From assembly GCA_038064415.1 (NCBI GenBank), contig JBBTTD010000002.1:8865-72864 (forward strand): 64,000 nucleotides of DNA, written 5' to 3'. Shown one piece after another: positions 40,124 to 49,856 of this stretch; the stretch's first letter is position 1; the number at the start of each line of letters is the position of its first letter. This stretch comes from Patescibacteria group bacterium (GTDB lineage Bacteria; Patescibacteriota; Minisyncoccia; Phycocordibacterales; PALSA-1337). Made by a program: the position numbers and the translations under genes. Below the pieces are notes generated by a model, which worked only from the letters and a program-made list of their open reading frames with translations, ran no database searches and was not told the DNA's origin.

Positions 40124-41209
40124 TCACAATAACTGTTCAATTACTTTCTTAGCAACTTCTTCCGGGCTATATCCCACAACTTTAGCCCCAACCTCCATTG
40201 CTACTCCAACATCCGTTGAAACAATTTCACAACCAGCTGCCTTGGCCTCTACAAGTGTCATACCATAACCTTCATATAGTGAGGTGTTTAGAAACAGATC
40301 CGCGGTCTTATAATAAGAAACTAGGACATTTTTATCCGCCCACTGTTCAAAAATAACATTCTCATTTAAGCTAAGTCTTGAGACTAGAGATTTGAGATTA
40401 GAAATTTGAGATCCATTACCAACAATAATTAACCCAGTTTTGGGAATCTCTTCAACCACTTTTTTCCAAGATTGAATTGCCAATGCAATGTTTTTTTCTT
40501 TTTCAATCCTTGAGGCCATTAAGACTATCTGACTAAACTGTGGGTATTTTTTGTGGAGATCAGCACCATCAATAATTGGCGCAGACTTTATCCAATCAGT
40601 ATTAACTGCAATTGGTCGTACTTCAATTTTTGAATCTTCTATCTTCAAAACATCCTTTAGATAATTCTTAATTCTTTGAGAAACTACACGAATTCTATCA
40701 GCTTTAAAAATATAGTTTGTGGCCATAAATTTCCTAATCTTATTACTAAAAGAATAAGTGAAGTATGGACTTCCGATATCAGTGTGAATTTGAATTTCAA
40801 GAGGTAAATCAAACTTATTTTTCAAAGAAACTCCGGCCATGGCAGTGAGGAAAGGATCCTGACAAGTAATATTTGTTATCCTCCTTCCTTGAACAATAAA
40901 TCGCCCTAATCGAATGGCGTCAAATGGATACAGAAACTTTGATCGTGATTGTGTTGAATATGCCCAGCAATTGGAAGACACGACAACTTCTTTACTCCTA
41001 AAATCCCTCTTTGAAAAAGATGGTGCCAAAGGTGAAGAATCTTTATCAAAAACAATTATGTGAACTTCTGCCCAATCTTTTGCATACTCAACCTGACGCG
41101 CCCGAACAGTACTTTCTTTTTCAAAGATCTTCCTATCAGTTGAAATCATTAATAATTTTCTTGATTGCACAATGATAATATAGTTACAACTTTTTCCACA
41201 CTTCCACAA
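40124..41209 (-). CDS. GT4 glycosyltransferase (true start probably a little downstream)
   Basis: QDPF, HTD, SR.EKEKN, S.YEGYGM.LVEA.AAG. Confidence 0.88.
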   Translation of the reverse strand: MWKCGKSCNYIIIVQSRKLLMISTDRKIFEKESTVRARQVEYAKDWAEVHIIVFDKDSSPLAPSFSKRDFRSKEVVVSSNCWAYSTQSRSKFLYPFDAIRLGRFIVQGRRITNITCQDPFLTAMAGVSLKNKFDLPLEIQIHTDIGSPYFTYSFSNKIRKFMATNYIFKADRIRVVSQRIKNYLKDVLKIEDSKIEVRPIAVNTDWIKSAPIIDGADLHKKYPQFSQIVLMASRIEKEKNIALAIQSWKKVVEEIPKTGLIIVGNGSQISNLKSLVSRLSLNENVIFEQWADKNVLVSYYKTADLFLNTSLYEGYGMTLVEAKAAGCEIVSTDVGVAMEVGAKVVGYSPEEVAKKVIEQLL

Positions 41210-42203
41210 TCTCCCCCGCTATCTCCCTCCACGAATGCTTAAACTCTATCTTGGATACCTTTTCCGCTTGCAACGCTCTATTTTTCGGATCAGCCATCCA
41301 AACTATCTTTTCTATAATGTCCTTCTTATTTAGTGGATCAATGATAACGCCTGCATTGTTAATTCGATGAGCTATGCCAGTCTCTTTTGTAACAATAAAT
41401 GGCACGCCGACTCTTATAGAATCAAATATCATATTGGGGCTTATATCGCCGATTGAAGCCAATATCACGCAATATGACCTGCGCATCTTTTCTAGAAAAC
41501 TATCGTAAACTGCCTTACCTGTATCTAACTTAATGTCAGGAAAACCACATCTTTTTACTTCCTTTCTTGCTTCTTCAAAAGCCACTTTTAAAAAATCAGT
41601 ATTCTTCCACTTCAAAGATCTCGTCGCGGCGATAAAATTTCTATTTTCGGGTTTAATCTGAATCAATCTGTCTTCGCAATAATTTTCAATCACGCAAGTT
41701 TTTTCTTTTTTAAGTTCATAAGTATCAGTAAATATTTCGCGTTGCCATTCTGTGCTAAATATTACTTTTGAAGCACCACGCAAAGCGTTGCCTCCAAACA
41801 CAAAAACTGTTCTCTCTTTTTTGGTCAATTTATTGATACTTGTCCTATAAAAATTTTTAAACGGCACCATGTCTCCAGTCCGTTCAATGTAAGTTTCCCA
41901 GAGAAAGTCACCTCCAGTGCGAATCATGTATTTTTTATGCATCATTCTGCAAGCCCACATCGTCGGGACAGCCGCGCTCCAAGTGTCTAAAACCAAAACT
42001 AAATCCGCATTCCAGCCCTTTCTAATAATCTTTGTAAAATACAGAACATGCCTCAAAAACGCTGGAAATGCTCTTTCCCAGCGGTATGCGGCGACTTTTA
42101 CCTCATGACCCTGTGATTTCCAGGTTTCATACAGATTTCTGGCATATTGGGCCGGTCCCCCTATATCAGGTGGGTATATACCTGAAGCGATTAAAATCTT
42201 CAT
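41184..42203 (-). CDS. GT4 glycosyltransferase
   Basis: GIYPPDIGGPA.Y, R.GGDF.WE, DISPN. Confidence 0.85.
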   Translation of the reverse strand: MKILIASGIYPPDIGGPAQYARNLYETWKSQGHEVKVAAYRWERAFPAFLRHVLYFTKIIRKGWNADLVLVLDTWSAAVPTMWACRMMHKKYMIRTGGDFLWETYIERTGDMVPFKNFYRTSINKLTKKERTVFVFGGNALRGASKVIFSTEWQREIFTDTYELKKEKTCVIENYCEDRLIQIKPENRNFIAATRSLKWKNTDFLKVAFEEARKEVKRCGFPDIKLDTGKAVYDSFLEKMRRSYCVILASIGDISPNMIFDSIRVGVPFIVTKETGIAHRINNAGVIIDPLNKKDIIEKIVWMADPKNRALQAEKVSKIEFKHSWREIAGEIVEVWKKL

Positions 42204-42245
42204 ATATTAAGTCTACCATTATTTTTACTTCTATAAAATAAAAAA

Positions 42246-43364
42246 TTAAAGAACTTCTCTCATGTACGGCTCTATCTTCACCGTTCCTTTAACATTCTTA
42301 AAAGCATTATCACGATCTTTCTGTGTTTTGAAAATATATAGACCATAGCCACCAAAGCCCGCTCCGACATATTTTTTGCCTATTGATTTATTTATCGTCG
42401 GCAATTTTTCCATACCCTCTTTAATTTGCGCTTTGTAACTCAAGTTTACGGCTTGGGCAAGTTTAAGTATATTTTTCTTGTATGCCGCGTCTCTAGCAAT
42501 TTTTCCAGCTTTTTCAATCAAATTATAATCCCTCTTATTATCAAGATGGTCAGTAGATAGATGCCTCTTACCCGTCCAATAAATAAGCATCTTTCCGAGT
42601 AGCCAATCAGAATTAAAGTGAGCGTCAAGTATGGGTCTGCTACCTGATTTCCAGACGCAAAATCCTGTATGAAACATAATGGCGGGATCTTGCCATCCAA
42701 CACCCATATCTAGCTCTGACTTCACTCCGCTTTTTATCTGAAGTAACGCATACGCCGCGGACCCGCCAAGACCAGCGCCTTTTTCATAGGGCCATTCTCC
42801 TAGAGAAACAAGTGGGGAAATCGCGCAGTTAACAATATAAGCGCCAGGTCGAGCCAAACTAGGGACATCGAGCCAACCTCCACCAAAATCCACACGAAGT
42901 GGAACTTTCTGCGCGTCTTTAATTGAAGCAAGGACTGAAGTCGTGGATACGCGTTTCACAATATTTCTTTTAGGTAAAACCACAAGCGTCATGCCATATC
43001 TATCACAAAATTCTTTTTTCAATTTAACATTTTTATCATCATCAGTGACAGCAAGAATATCTGGATGCAATTCTTTTATGTGACCCTCAAAATCAAAGAC
43101 TGGGTGAAGGTCTGAACTTGTAACGACACGATCAATACATCTTATGGAGCTTAGGATAATTTGTTTATTGTCTTGCGGAATTGAAGGCGGGCGTTTCTTC
43201 GCAAGCAATAACACTTCATCACTCGCAAAACAAACAGTAAGGTGGTCACCGAGAGCTTTGGCATCTTCAAAAAATTGCACATGTCCGGCATGTAAAATAT
43301 CATAACAGCCAGAGACAAAGACCTTCTTGCCGCTCTTTTGTCTTGTTTTCTTACTTTTTCTCAT
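42246..43364 (-). CDS. Cytidylyl/adenylyltransferase (HxGH) fused to a compact GHMP sugar kinase
   Basis: VSGCYDILHAGH and VSTT (RfaE-II/TagD-like); then PLRVDFGGGWLD, GAGLGGSAA, GWQD, GAGFGG (GHMP). Confidence 0.82.
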   Translation of the reverse strand: MRKSKKTRQKSGKKVFVSGCYDILHAGHVQFFEDAKALGDHLTVCFASDEVLLLAKKRPPSIPQDNKQIILSSIRCIDRVVTSSDLHPVFDFEGHIKELHPDILAVTDDDKNVKLKKEFCDRYGMTLVVLPKRNIVKRVSTTSVLASIKDAQKVPLRVDFGGGWLDVPSLARPGAYIVNCAISPLVSLGEWPYEKGAGLGGSAAYALLQIKSGVKSELDMGVGWQDPAIMFHTGFCVWKSGSRPILDAHFNSDWLLGKMLIYWTGKRHLSTDHLDNKRDYNLIEKAGKIARDAAYKKNILKLAQAVNLSYKAQIKEGMEKLPTINKSIGKKYVGAGFGGYGLYIFKTQKDRDNAFKNVKGTVKIEPYMREVL

Positions 43365-43394
43365 TTTCCTAATTTAACACTTTTTTCTCACTTG

Positions 43395-44558
43395 TCAAAA
43401 GTGAGTCCCCTCAAACACCCCCCTCATCTCCTCAACCACTCTTTCCCACCCATATTTCTCTTTTACCATCTTCCTGGCGTTTTCAACTATATAATTCCTA
43501 GATTCCTTGTCTTTAATCAACTTTTCAACTTTTCTCGCGATACTTTTTGGATTATTAATTTCACAAAACAATCCAGTCTGTCCGTCAACCAAAAAATCAG
43601 GAATACCACCAATGGGCGTGGCAATCACTGGAATGCCAGCGGCCATGGCTTCTAAAAATGAATTGCCCAAGCCTTCTGATAAAGAAGGGCGAACGAATAT
43701 ATCGGAAATATGTAAATATCTAGGCATTTCCGCGTGCGAAACAAAACCAAGAAATTTAACTCGCTCGGTCAACTTGAGCATTGAACATTGATCTTTGAGA
43801 ATTTTCTCTTGGTATCCTTGACCTAGAATGATAAACTTAACATTGGTCGGTAAATATTGAAGTGCTGAAATAATGTCACCAACCGCATTTTTTGTCACCA
43901 ATCTAGAAGTGGTAATAAGAAAAATATCTCCTTCTTTTTTGACAAGTCTATCTTTCAAATTATCGCTATCACTATTAGAAATTTTTTTGCTAAATAATTC
44001 AATATCAACTCCATTTGGCACGACCACAATTGGACATACTGCTCCCATTTTCTTTGACCAATCCGCGAGAAAATTTGAAATAGCTTGAATATAGTCCGCG
44101 CAGGCAAATATTTTTCTAAACAGAAAATTAAACATGCCGTCGCGGATTTCAAAATTGTCTCCCTCTTGAATTGTTAAGACCACTGGAATTTTTGGATTTT
44201 TTTTCTTGAATAGAAACGCCGCAAAACCTGCGTAACTTGCCATAATTGGCCAAACTAGATCATAATGATTTTTCTTATGTAATTTTACAGCTTTGAGATA
44301 TGCAAAAAATGGAAAAAGTAATTTAGAAAGTGGAAAGATTCTTGAACTTTTTGTATTGCTTCCAAGCCAAGGCAAACCTACTCTATATACATTAACATTC
44401 CCAATCCTTTCAAATTCGGGAGCATGTTTGCGTAAAGTAATCATATCAAACTCAATTTCTCGCGGAGAAATCCTATCAGTAATTTCCTTGACCGCAACTT
44501 CAGCCCCGCCGATAAAACGGGGGTAATAAACTAGAGAAAAAATAAGGATTCGGCGCAT
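43395..44558 (-). CDS. GT4 glycosyltransferase
   Basis: GGAE, VPNGVD, SRLV.KN, PS.SEGLGNSFLEAMAAG.PV. Confidence 0.92.
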   Translation of the reverse strand: MRRILIFSLVYYPRFIGGAEVAVKEITDRISPREIEFDMITLRKHAPEFERIGNVNVYRVGLPWLGSNTKSSRIFPLSKLLFPFFAYLKAVKLHKKNHYDLVWPIMASYAGFAAFLFKKKNPKIPVVLTIQEGDNFEIRDGMFNFLFRKIFACADYIQAISNFLADWSKKMGAVCPIVVVPNGVDIELFSKKISNSDSDNLKDRLVKKEGDIFLITTSRLVTKNAVGDIISALQYLPTNVKFIILGQGYQEKILKDQCSMLKLTERVKFLGFVSHAEMPRYLHISDIFVRPSLSEGLGNSFLEAMAAGIPVIATPIGGIPDFLVDGQTGLFCEINNPKSIARKVEKLIKDKESRNYIVENARKMVKEKYGWERVVEEMRGVFEGTHF

Positions 44559-44597
44559 GGTTCTATTCAAATAGGTTAGCGTGATTGCCGATATCAA

Positions 44598-44879
44598 TTA
44601 ACTATTCAAATCTGCCATAAGTGCTTCAACTGTTTTAAAAGTTCTTTCCCGTCCATTCTTCATCGCCTTAAGTTCATCCAAAATCATTGCTTCATATTCA
44701 GGAGTATAACCATTAACAGTTCTTGCTATAAATGGAATGGATTTGGTTCTAATCACTTGTGTCAAAAAAAGTTTCACCGCAGACGACAAATCAGTACCTA
44801 GTTTCTTGAGAACAGCTTGTGCTTGGGATTTGGTCTTACTATCTATGCGAAGTTGAATTGTTGTTTGTATTGTAGACAT
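44598..44879 (-). CDS. RelB/DinJ family antitoxin (no adjacent toxin)
   Basis: TTIQLRIDSKTK.QAQ.VL.KLG.DLSSAV.LFL.QV.....IPF; C-terminal F.TVE.LM.DL. Confidence 0.85.
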   Translation of the reverse strand: MSTIQTTIQLRIDSKTKSQAQAVLKKLGTDLSSAVKLFLTQVIRTKSIPFIARTVNGYTPEYEAMILDELKAMKNGRERTFKTVEALMADLNS

Positions 44880-44887
44880 AATAGACT

Positions 44888-44915
44888 ATGATAGCAAATG
44901 TAATGACATTGTCAA
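44888..44915 (-). promoter_or_regulatory. Promoter and palindromic operator of the RelB/DinJ gene
   Basis: Minus-strand TTGACA (44910-44915), 16-bp spacer, TATCAT (44888-44893); palindrome TGACA-T-TGTCA (44904-44914) overlaps the -35. Confidence 0.6.
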
Positions 44916-44936
44916 TACACAAAATAACCCTATAAT

Positions 44937-46949
44937 TCAATCATCCTTCAACACCCGCTTCAACACCTCCTCCGGCACTTCTTTTGGAGGCCGTGAAAAA
45001 TTTCCCTTTTGATCATCCTCTACTACTTTAGGTATTTTGGGAATCACCTTCAAATTTTTTAAGGAATTGAGTGGCTGAAAATCATCATTATTCTGTCTGC
45101 CTGGAATATTTTGAGCTAGAGACGCTTTCGGACTGTCAGCTTGAGTTGTCGTGGGTGATTTTTCTTGAACCCCGATTTCAGACTTTGGTTGAGAAAAATT
45201 TCGCGCCACGCCGAAATTTGACTGACTCTTCTGCAGCGCGGCCGCTAGAGCACTCTTTAAGTCGCCGAGATTTTTCTGTGTCGGAACTTTCGGATCATTT
45301 TTTGGAGAAATTGGCTTTGATGCAAGTGATGATAAGGAAACGGGTTTAATCGGTTGAGCAGAAGTCTGAGCTGGACGAGGCGCAACAGGCACAGAATGAT
45401 CTGACCTCTTCGCAGGCGCCATGGAGACATTGTCTGCCTGTTGCGCTGAGGAATTGCTAGGTTTTGCATCAACAGGCGAATTTTTAATACTTGAAGATGG
45501 TGTTGAATTTGAGACTGGTTTTGGTGCTGGTGGTTGCGCTGATTTTGGAACATTTGCCAATACTGGCGCGGGTGCAGGTGTAGCAGATTTTTGGACATTT
45601 GTGGCAACAGATGCAGGGGCAGGGGCAGCCACCTTCTTTGGAATCACGATCGGCTCATGGAACTTTATAACTTGCGCCTCAACTTCAGCCCTTGGTCTTG
45701 AGAATTGTTCTCGTGAGGACGCGATAATTTCATTCATGTACGAAGTATCTGGATGCGGAATCGGCGGCAAAGTTTTCGCGGAAAATGGCGACGAGCTCAA
45801 ACCGTCAATCATTAACTTTAGGTAAATTTGCGCGAAGCCAAGATTTACCAGATCCTCAATCGTAAAAGCTGGAGCAAATTCTTGTTCCAAAGCTTCGGCG
45901 TCAGTCGCGCCGACTCGAAAAGCAATCATTGTCCCGACGTTACCAAAAACCGCTGGACGAACCATTTCATCCATCTGTTCAATGTATTGATGGGCAATCG
46001 TCAAATTGAGTTTGTATTTTCTGGCTTCAGAAAGAATGTCGGCAAAAGAGGCATTGGCGAAGTTCTGAAATTCGTCAACAAAAAGATAAAAGTTCGGCAA
46101 CATCTGCATGACACGATCTGACACATCGGCACGCGACATGGCGGCCAGATAAATTTTGGTGACTAAAAGTCCACCGAGAAGCTTCATATTCTCATCACCA
46201 ATTCTCCCTTTTGAAAGGTTGATGATGATGATTTTTCTACTATCCATTGCTTCACGAAAATCAAAAGATGAGACGGGTTGGCCAATCATATTGCGAATCA
46301 ATGGATTGGCGGTAAATTGACCAACTTTGTTTTGAATTGCCGGAACCGCCTCTGCCGCCTGACGTTCGGTATAACTGGCAAATTCTTTAGTCCAAAATGC
46401 TTTAACCGACGGATCTTGAATGTGAGATATGATTTCTTTGCGATATTCTTTATCAGAAAGCATGCGATTGACGCCCAACAGAGTCGTGCCGGGCGCTTCG
46501 AGTAGAGCCAGCAAAGTGTTGGTCAGAATATATTCCATGCGAGCCGACCATGCGTCAACCCAAATCTTTTTGAAAGTACTCATCAATCCTGAAACCACAA
46601 GGTGGCGTTTTGTTTGATCCACGCTTTCAAGGACATTAAAAGAAATCGGATAGTCAACATCAAACGGCGCGATGTAAATGACATCTTTGATACGCTCCTT
46701 TGGAACATATTCAAGCATCAGATCGGCAGTTTTGCCGTGCGGATCAATAAAACACATACCTTCGCCATTTTGGATATCTTGGACGGCCATATTCTCCAGC
46801 ATGGTTGATTTTCCCATGCCGGTTTTACCAATCACATAGACATGTTTGGTACGATCTTTGGCTTTAATGCCAAATCTTACGCGTTTGTTGCGAGCGTCAG
46901 TTTCGGCAAAATAAGTTATGCGATTTTCGTCAATAGGTACAGGGGCCAT
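44937..46949 (-). CDS. VirD4/TraD-like (HerA/FtsK superfamily) ATPase with Pro/Ala/Ser-rich C-terminal tail
   Basis: H.YVIGKTGMGKS Walker A, IDPHG, LFVDEFQ Walker B, LSEARKY.L.L..AHQY..Q. Confidence 0.85.
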   Translation of the reverse strand: MAPVPIDENRITYFAETDARNKRVRFGIKAKDRTKHVYVIGKTGMGKSTMLENMAVQDIQNGEGMCFIDPHGKTADLMLEYVPKERIKDVIYIAPFDVDYPISFNVLESVDQTKRHLVVSGLMSTFKKIWVDAWSARMEYILTNTLLALLEAPGTTLLGVNRMLSDKEYRKEIISHIQDPSVKAFWTKEFASYTERQAAEAVPAIQNKVGQFTANPLIRNMIGQPVSSFDFREAMDSRKIIIINLSKGRIGDENMKLLGGLLVTKIYLAAMSRADVSDRVMQMLPNFYLFVDEFQNFANASFADILSEARKYKLNLTIAHQYIEQMDEMVRPAVFGNVGTMIAFRVGATDAEALEQEFAPAFTIEDLVNLGFAQIYLKLMIDGLSSSPFSAKTLPPIPHPDTSYMNEIIASSREQFSRPRAEVEAQVIKFHEPIVIPKKVAAPAPASVATNVQKSATPAPAPVLANVPKSAQPPAPKPVSNSTPSSSIKNSPVDAKPSNSSAQQADNVSMAPAKRSDHSVPVAPRPAQTSAQPIKPVSLSSLASKPISPKNDPKVPTQKNLGDLKSALAAALQKSQSNFGVARNFSQPKSEIGVQEKSPTTTQADSPKASLAQNIPGRQNNDDFQPLNSLKNLKVIPKIPKVVEDDQKGNFSRPPKEVPEEVLKRVLKDD
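45150..45210. repeat. Imperfect palindrome in-frame in the ATPase tail
   Basis: CGTGGGTGATTTTTCTTGAACC ... GGTTGAGAAAAATTTCGCGCCACG; encodes VARNFSQPKSEIGVQEKSPT. Confidence 0.5.
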
Positions 46950-46969
46950 ATGAGGACATTATACCACTT

Positions 46970-48259
46970 TCAATTCTCCACCTCCAACGCCGCTTTATCA
47001 TAAACACTTCCCGCGTTCCAGAGCATCCAACTAGTCAGGCCAGAATCATAAGTCGCTTGAATTTGGGAACGAATCATTTCTGGAGTGTAAATCGCGCCCA
47101 GATCAAAAGCTTGTAACCAAGGCCTTAATTTATTCTTGTCATATATTTCTCTTGTATACGATTGGGATGTCGTGGACGCGATCGGATCTAAGGCGAAATA
47201 AAGCAAGCGCGTGGTCGTCGCCTCGGCTTTACTAATGGCTTTATCCATTGAATATTTAACCACTTCATAAGGATATTGAGCCGGCTTGGCATGACCATTA
47301 AATCCATAACCAAAATGAGATGGGTAGACCATTGGCGAAACATAGTCAAAATATTTCAAGGCATATTCCAGAATTTGACCAATACCCAAATCTCCTTCCG
47401 CGCTAGTAGTTAAACCAAATAAATCAGCTGAAATTGGGATGCTGGTAGAAGCAAACTGGTCGTGAATATACACAAAAAATTCTTTCATTATTTCAGATCT
47501 TGATTTTCCGTCACTCCAAGAGTACGAAATATTGTCAAGATTTCCATCCGACGGAAAACGAACATAATCAAAATTCAGTTCGTCAAAACCTATGGCATAT
47601 GATTCATTACCAATTGCCGCTAAATAATCCCAAACGGGTTTTGCTCCAGGATCTAGCCATCTCACGCCTTTGTAATCTTTCCAAATCTCTCCAGTTTTCG
47701 TCTTGACCGCCCATTCTGGATGGATATTTATCAGATATGAATCCTGAAATGCCGAAATGCGCGCGATAACATAAACGCCTTTTTTATGGAGTGCGCCGAT
47801 AAATTGTCTGACATCTGGAATTCGCGATTCCGCCGCGCCAGTCGCGATCAATTCAGGACTGCTAACTGAAAAACTAATACGACCAGTGTAATCTTTAACA
47901 TCAATTACCACGGCATTAATTTCAGTATTATCAACTAAATCAAACAAATGATCTCTAGACTTCTTGCTACCACTCGCCCAACTGGTCATATAAACTCCTT
48001 TAAGTGGATTTGGCGTGGGTAAATGCGTAACGACAAATATCGGCGTTGATGACGCGCCGATTAAATCCGTGGAAGTCGCTTGATTGATCATCATAACCGA
48101 AGTCGTAGCGAGACTAATATTTGTCCCAATATTGGAATAAGTGATTTGACCGACGGGAAAAAACCACGCTAGAGAAAAAGTAATCGCGATAATGAAAAAC
48201 GCGCCGATGATAACCGTCGCCGTACGTGTGGCTCCAAAGTCGCGCCAAAATCTCATCAT
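46970..48259 (-). CDS. Putative glycoside hydrolase (DUF4015-like), membrane-anchored
   Basis: N-terminal TM, Thr/Ser-rich linker, NAVVIDVKD..G, IARI..F.D, GFDE.NFDYVRFP, PMVYPSH, RPWLQAF, LWNA. Confidence 0.8.
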   Translation of the reverse strand: MMRFWRDFGATRTATVIIGAFFIIAITFSLAWFFPVGQITYSNIGTNISLATTSVMMINQATSTDLIGASSTPIFVVTHLPTPNPLKGVYMTSWASGSKKSRDHLFDLVDNTEINAVVIDVKDYTGRISFSVSSPELIATGAAESRIPDVRQFIGALHKKGVYVIARISAFQDSYLINIHPEWAVKTKTGEIWKDYKGVRWLDPGAKPVWDYLAAIGNESYAIGFDELNFDYVRFPSDGNLDNISYSWSDGKSRSEIMKEFFVYIHDQFASTSIPISADLFGLTTSAEGDLGIGQILEYALKYFDYVSPMVYPSHFGYGFNGHAKPAQYPYEVVKYSMDKAISKAEATTTRLLYFALDPIASTTSQSYTREIYDKNKLRPWLQAFDLGAIYTPEMIRSQIQATYDSGLTSWMLWNAGSVYDKAALEVEN

Positions 48260-48468
48260 GGATTCATTGATGAATTATTTTTATGCTCAACATAAGGGAC
48301 CTGACTTAGAGAATTTTGTCTGGCTGGGGGTTTGAGTCTAAACGCGATAATCAATATTATGGCGCCAAAAACCAAAGCCAAAATTTTATCCAACGCCAAA
48401 GGAAAACCAACATACAGAAAAGCCATAATCGCGATTCCGATGATGATTAGAACTTGTCTTTTTGACAT
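48256..48468 (-). CDS. Small two-TM membrane protein (70 aa)
   Basis: MSKRQVLIIIGIAIMAFLYVGFP...; ATG 6 nt after TATAAT; stop overlaps the next gene's start. Confidence 0.65.
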   Translation of the reverse strand: MSKRQVLIIIGIAIMAFLYVGFPLALDKILALVFGAIILIIAFRLKPPARQNSLSQVPYVEHKNNSSMNP

Positions 48469-48537
48469 GTTGATATTATAGCCCAAAGTGATACGATAAC
48501 ACCAGAAATCTGTTGGCAACAACAGTGGAAAGGTACT

Positions 48538-48942
48538 ATGAAAGAAATGGTTAGAACATTGGAAATGGCGCTTAAAGATTTCAGTCCTGGTCCGCAAAAA
48601 CGAGTAATCATCTGGATTCATGCTCATCCAAAAAATAAACAAGACGGGGAGCATTGGGTCGGAGAAATGGAAAATTCTGATCTTAGTGAAAATGAATGCC
48701 AGCTCGTCATCAGATGCAAATGGACAATCCGTGTAGAGCCAACTAAACAGGAAAATATCTCCAGATGGAGAGTGGTGCCTGGAAGCAGAACTGAAAATCC
48801 GATTACAATAGATTGGCCAACCATGAGATCCGTCAATCATGACAAGATTGAGGTCTTTGAGCAGGATGGTGATACGGTAAATATGTATATCTCGGCAGAC
48901 CGTGTTATTGAGGCAGACGAACTCTTGAAGCAATACTCGTGA
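48538..48942 (+). CDS. Hypothetical protein
   Basis: 134-aa ORF with SD-like GAAAGG upstream and a terminator downstream; no motif recognised. Confidence 0.55.
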   Translation: MKEMVRTLEMALKDFSPGPQKRVIIWIHAHPKNKQDGEHWVGEMENSDLSENECQLVIRCKWTIRVEPTKQENISRWRVVPGSRTENPITIDWPTMRSVNHDKIEVFEQDGDTVNMYISADRVIEADELLKQYS

Positions 48943-48962
48943 GTGGATCGCAGGCCCAAGCA

Positions 48963-48998
48963 AAGCCGCCATATGAAAATATGCGTGGCTTCTTTTTT
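48963..48998 (+). terminator. Intrinsic terminator
   Basis: AAGCCGC-CATAT-gaaa-ATATG-CGTGGCTT imperfect stem followed by a T tract. Confidence 0.55.
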
Positions 48999-49036
48999 AA
49001 AAGAAAAAATTCTAAACCCGAAATCAATACTAGTTG

Positions 49037-49064
49037 TGTCATCCACGCGAAAGCGAGAATGACA
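49037..49064. repeat. GTCAT...ATGAC-type REP-like hairpin
   Basis: TGTCATccaCGC-GAAA-GCGagaATGACA; related ends at 54380-54478. Confidence 0.45.
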
Positions 49065-49092
49065 AGTTTGTTTATTCGTTGATTCGTGTTTT

Positions 49093-49806
49093 TTATTTCA
49101 CTGAAACAATCACCACAAATTCACCTTTGATTTTGTCTTGATGTTCTTCAAAATAATTTTTCACTTCTTTCGGAGTCCCTTGCACGACCTGCTCAAAAAT
49201 TTTCGTAAGTTCACGACAAATGGTTATTTTTTTCGGTAAAAAATCAGAGCAACCATTCAAGTGTTCCTCAAGACTGGTTAAAGATTTAAGAATTCTATGC
49301 GGTGATTCATAAAAAATCATCGTTCGTTCTGACAATGCGATTTCCTTAAACAAGGTCTCTCTACCCTTTTTGTGCGGCAAAAATCCTAAAAAAGTAAAAT
49401 CCGCGCAATGCACGCCCGCAATTGAAATCGCGGCGGTAAGCGCGGATGGTCCGGGAATAGTTTCAATTTTCACTTCGCCATTTTTTATCTCATTCTCCAA
49501 TTCTTGTCTAATAATTCTCACTAACTCTGAACCTGGATCTGAAATACCGGGCGTACCAGCATCTGAAACCAAAGCGATATTTTTCCCTTTTTTTAATAGT
49601 CCAATAACTTCATTGGTTCGCGAAATTTTACTGTGGGTATGATACGACATTGTCGGCCTTGAAATAGAATGCCGTGCCATCAATTTTTTTGTGACGCGAG
49701 TATCTTCGCAGAGAATTAGATCAGCTGATGAGAGGGTCTTCAAAGCTCGAAGCGTGATGTCTTCAAGATTGCCGATCGAAGTAGCGATAACGGAGAATGT
49801 GGACAT
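49093..49806 (-). CDS. rsmI: 16S rRNA (C1402 2'-O)-methyltransferase
   Basis: IGNLEDITLRA, CEDTR, LVSDAGTPGISDPG, IPGPSA, FYESPHR, RELTK.FE, KGEFV. Confidence 0.96.
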   Translation of the reverse strand: MSTFSVIATSIGNLEDITLRALKTLSSADLILCEDTRVTKKLMARHSISRPTMSYHTHSKISRTNEVIGLLKKGKNIALVSDAGTPGISDPGSELVRIIRQELENEIKNGEVKIETIPGPSALTAAISIAGVHCADFTFLGFLPHKKGRETLFKEIALSERTMIFYESPHRILKSLTSLEEHLNGCSDFLPKKITICRELTKIFEQVVQGTPKEVKNYFEEHQDKIKGEFVVIVSVK

Positions 49807-49856
49807 AAATGTACATTACTACTGTTAAGACAGAAAGACAATGACTGCTCTATATT

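Noticed and set aside
44937-46949. Conjugative element
   Set aside because: No relaxase, VirB4 partners or oriT-like context.
48469-48972. N-terminal extension of the 238-aa minus-strand ORF
   Set aside because: It is antisense to the 134-aa gene, which has an SD and terminator; a TATAAT-ATG at 48468 defines a 70-aa membrane protein.
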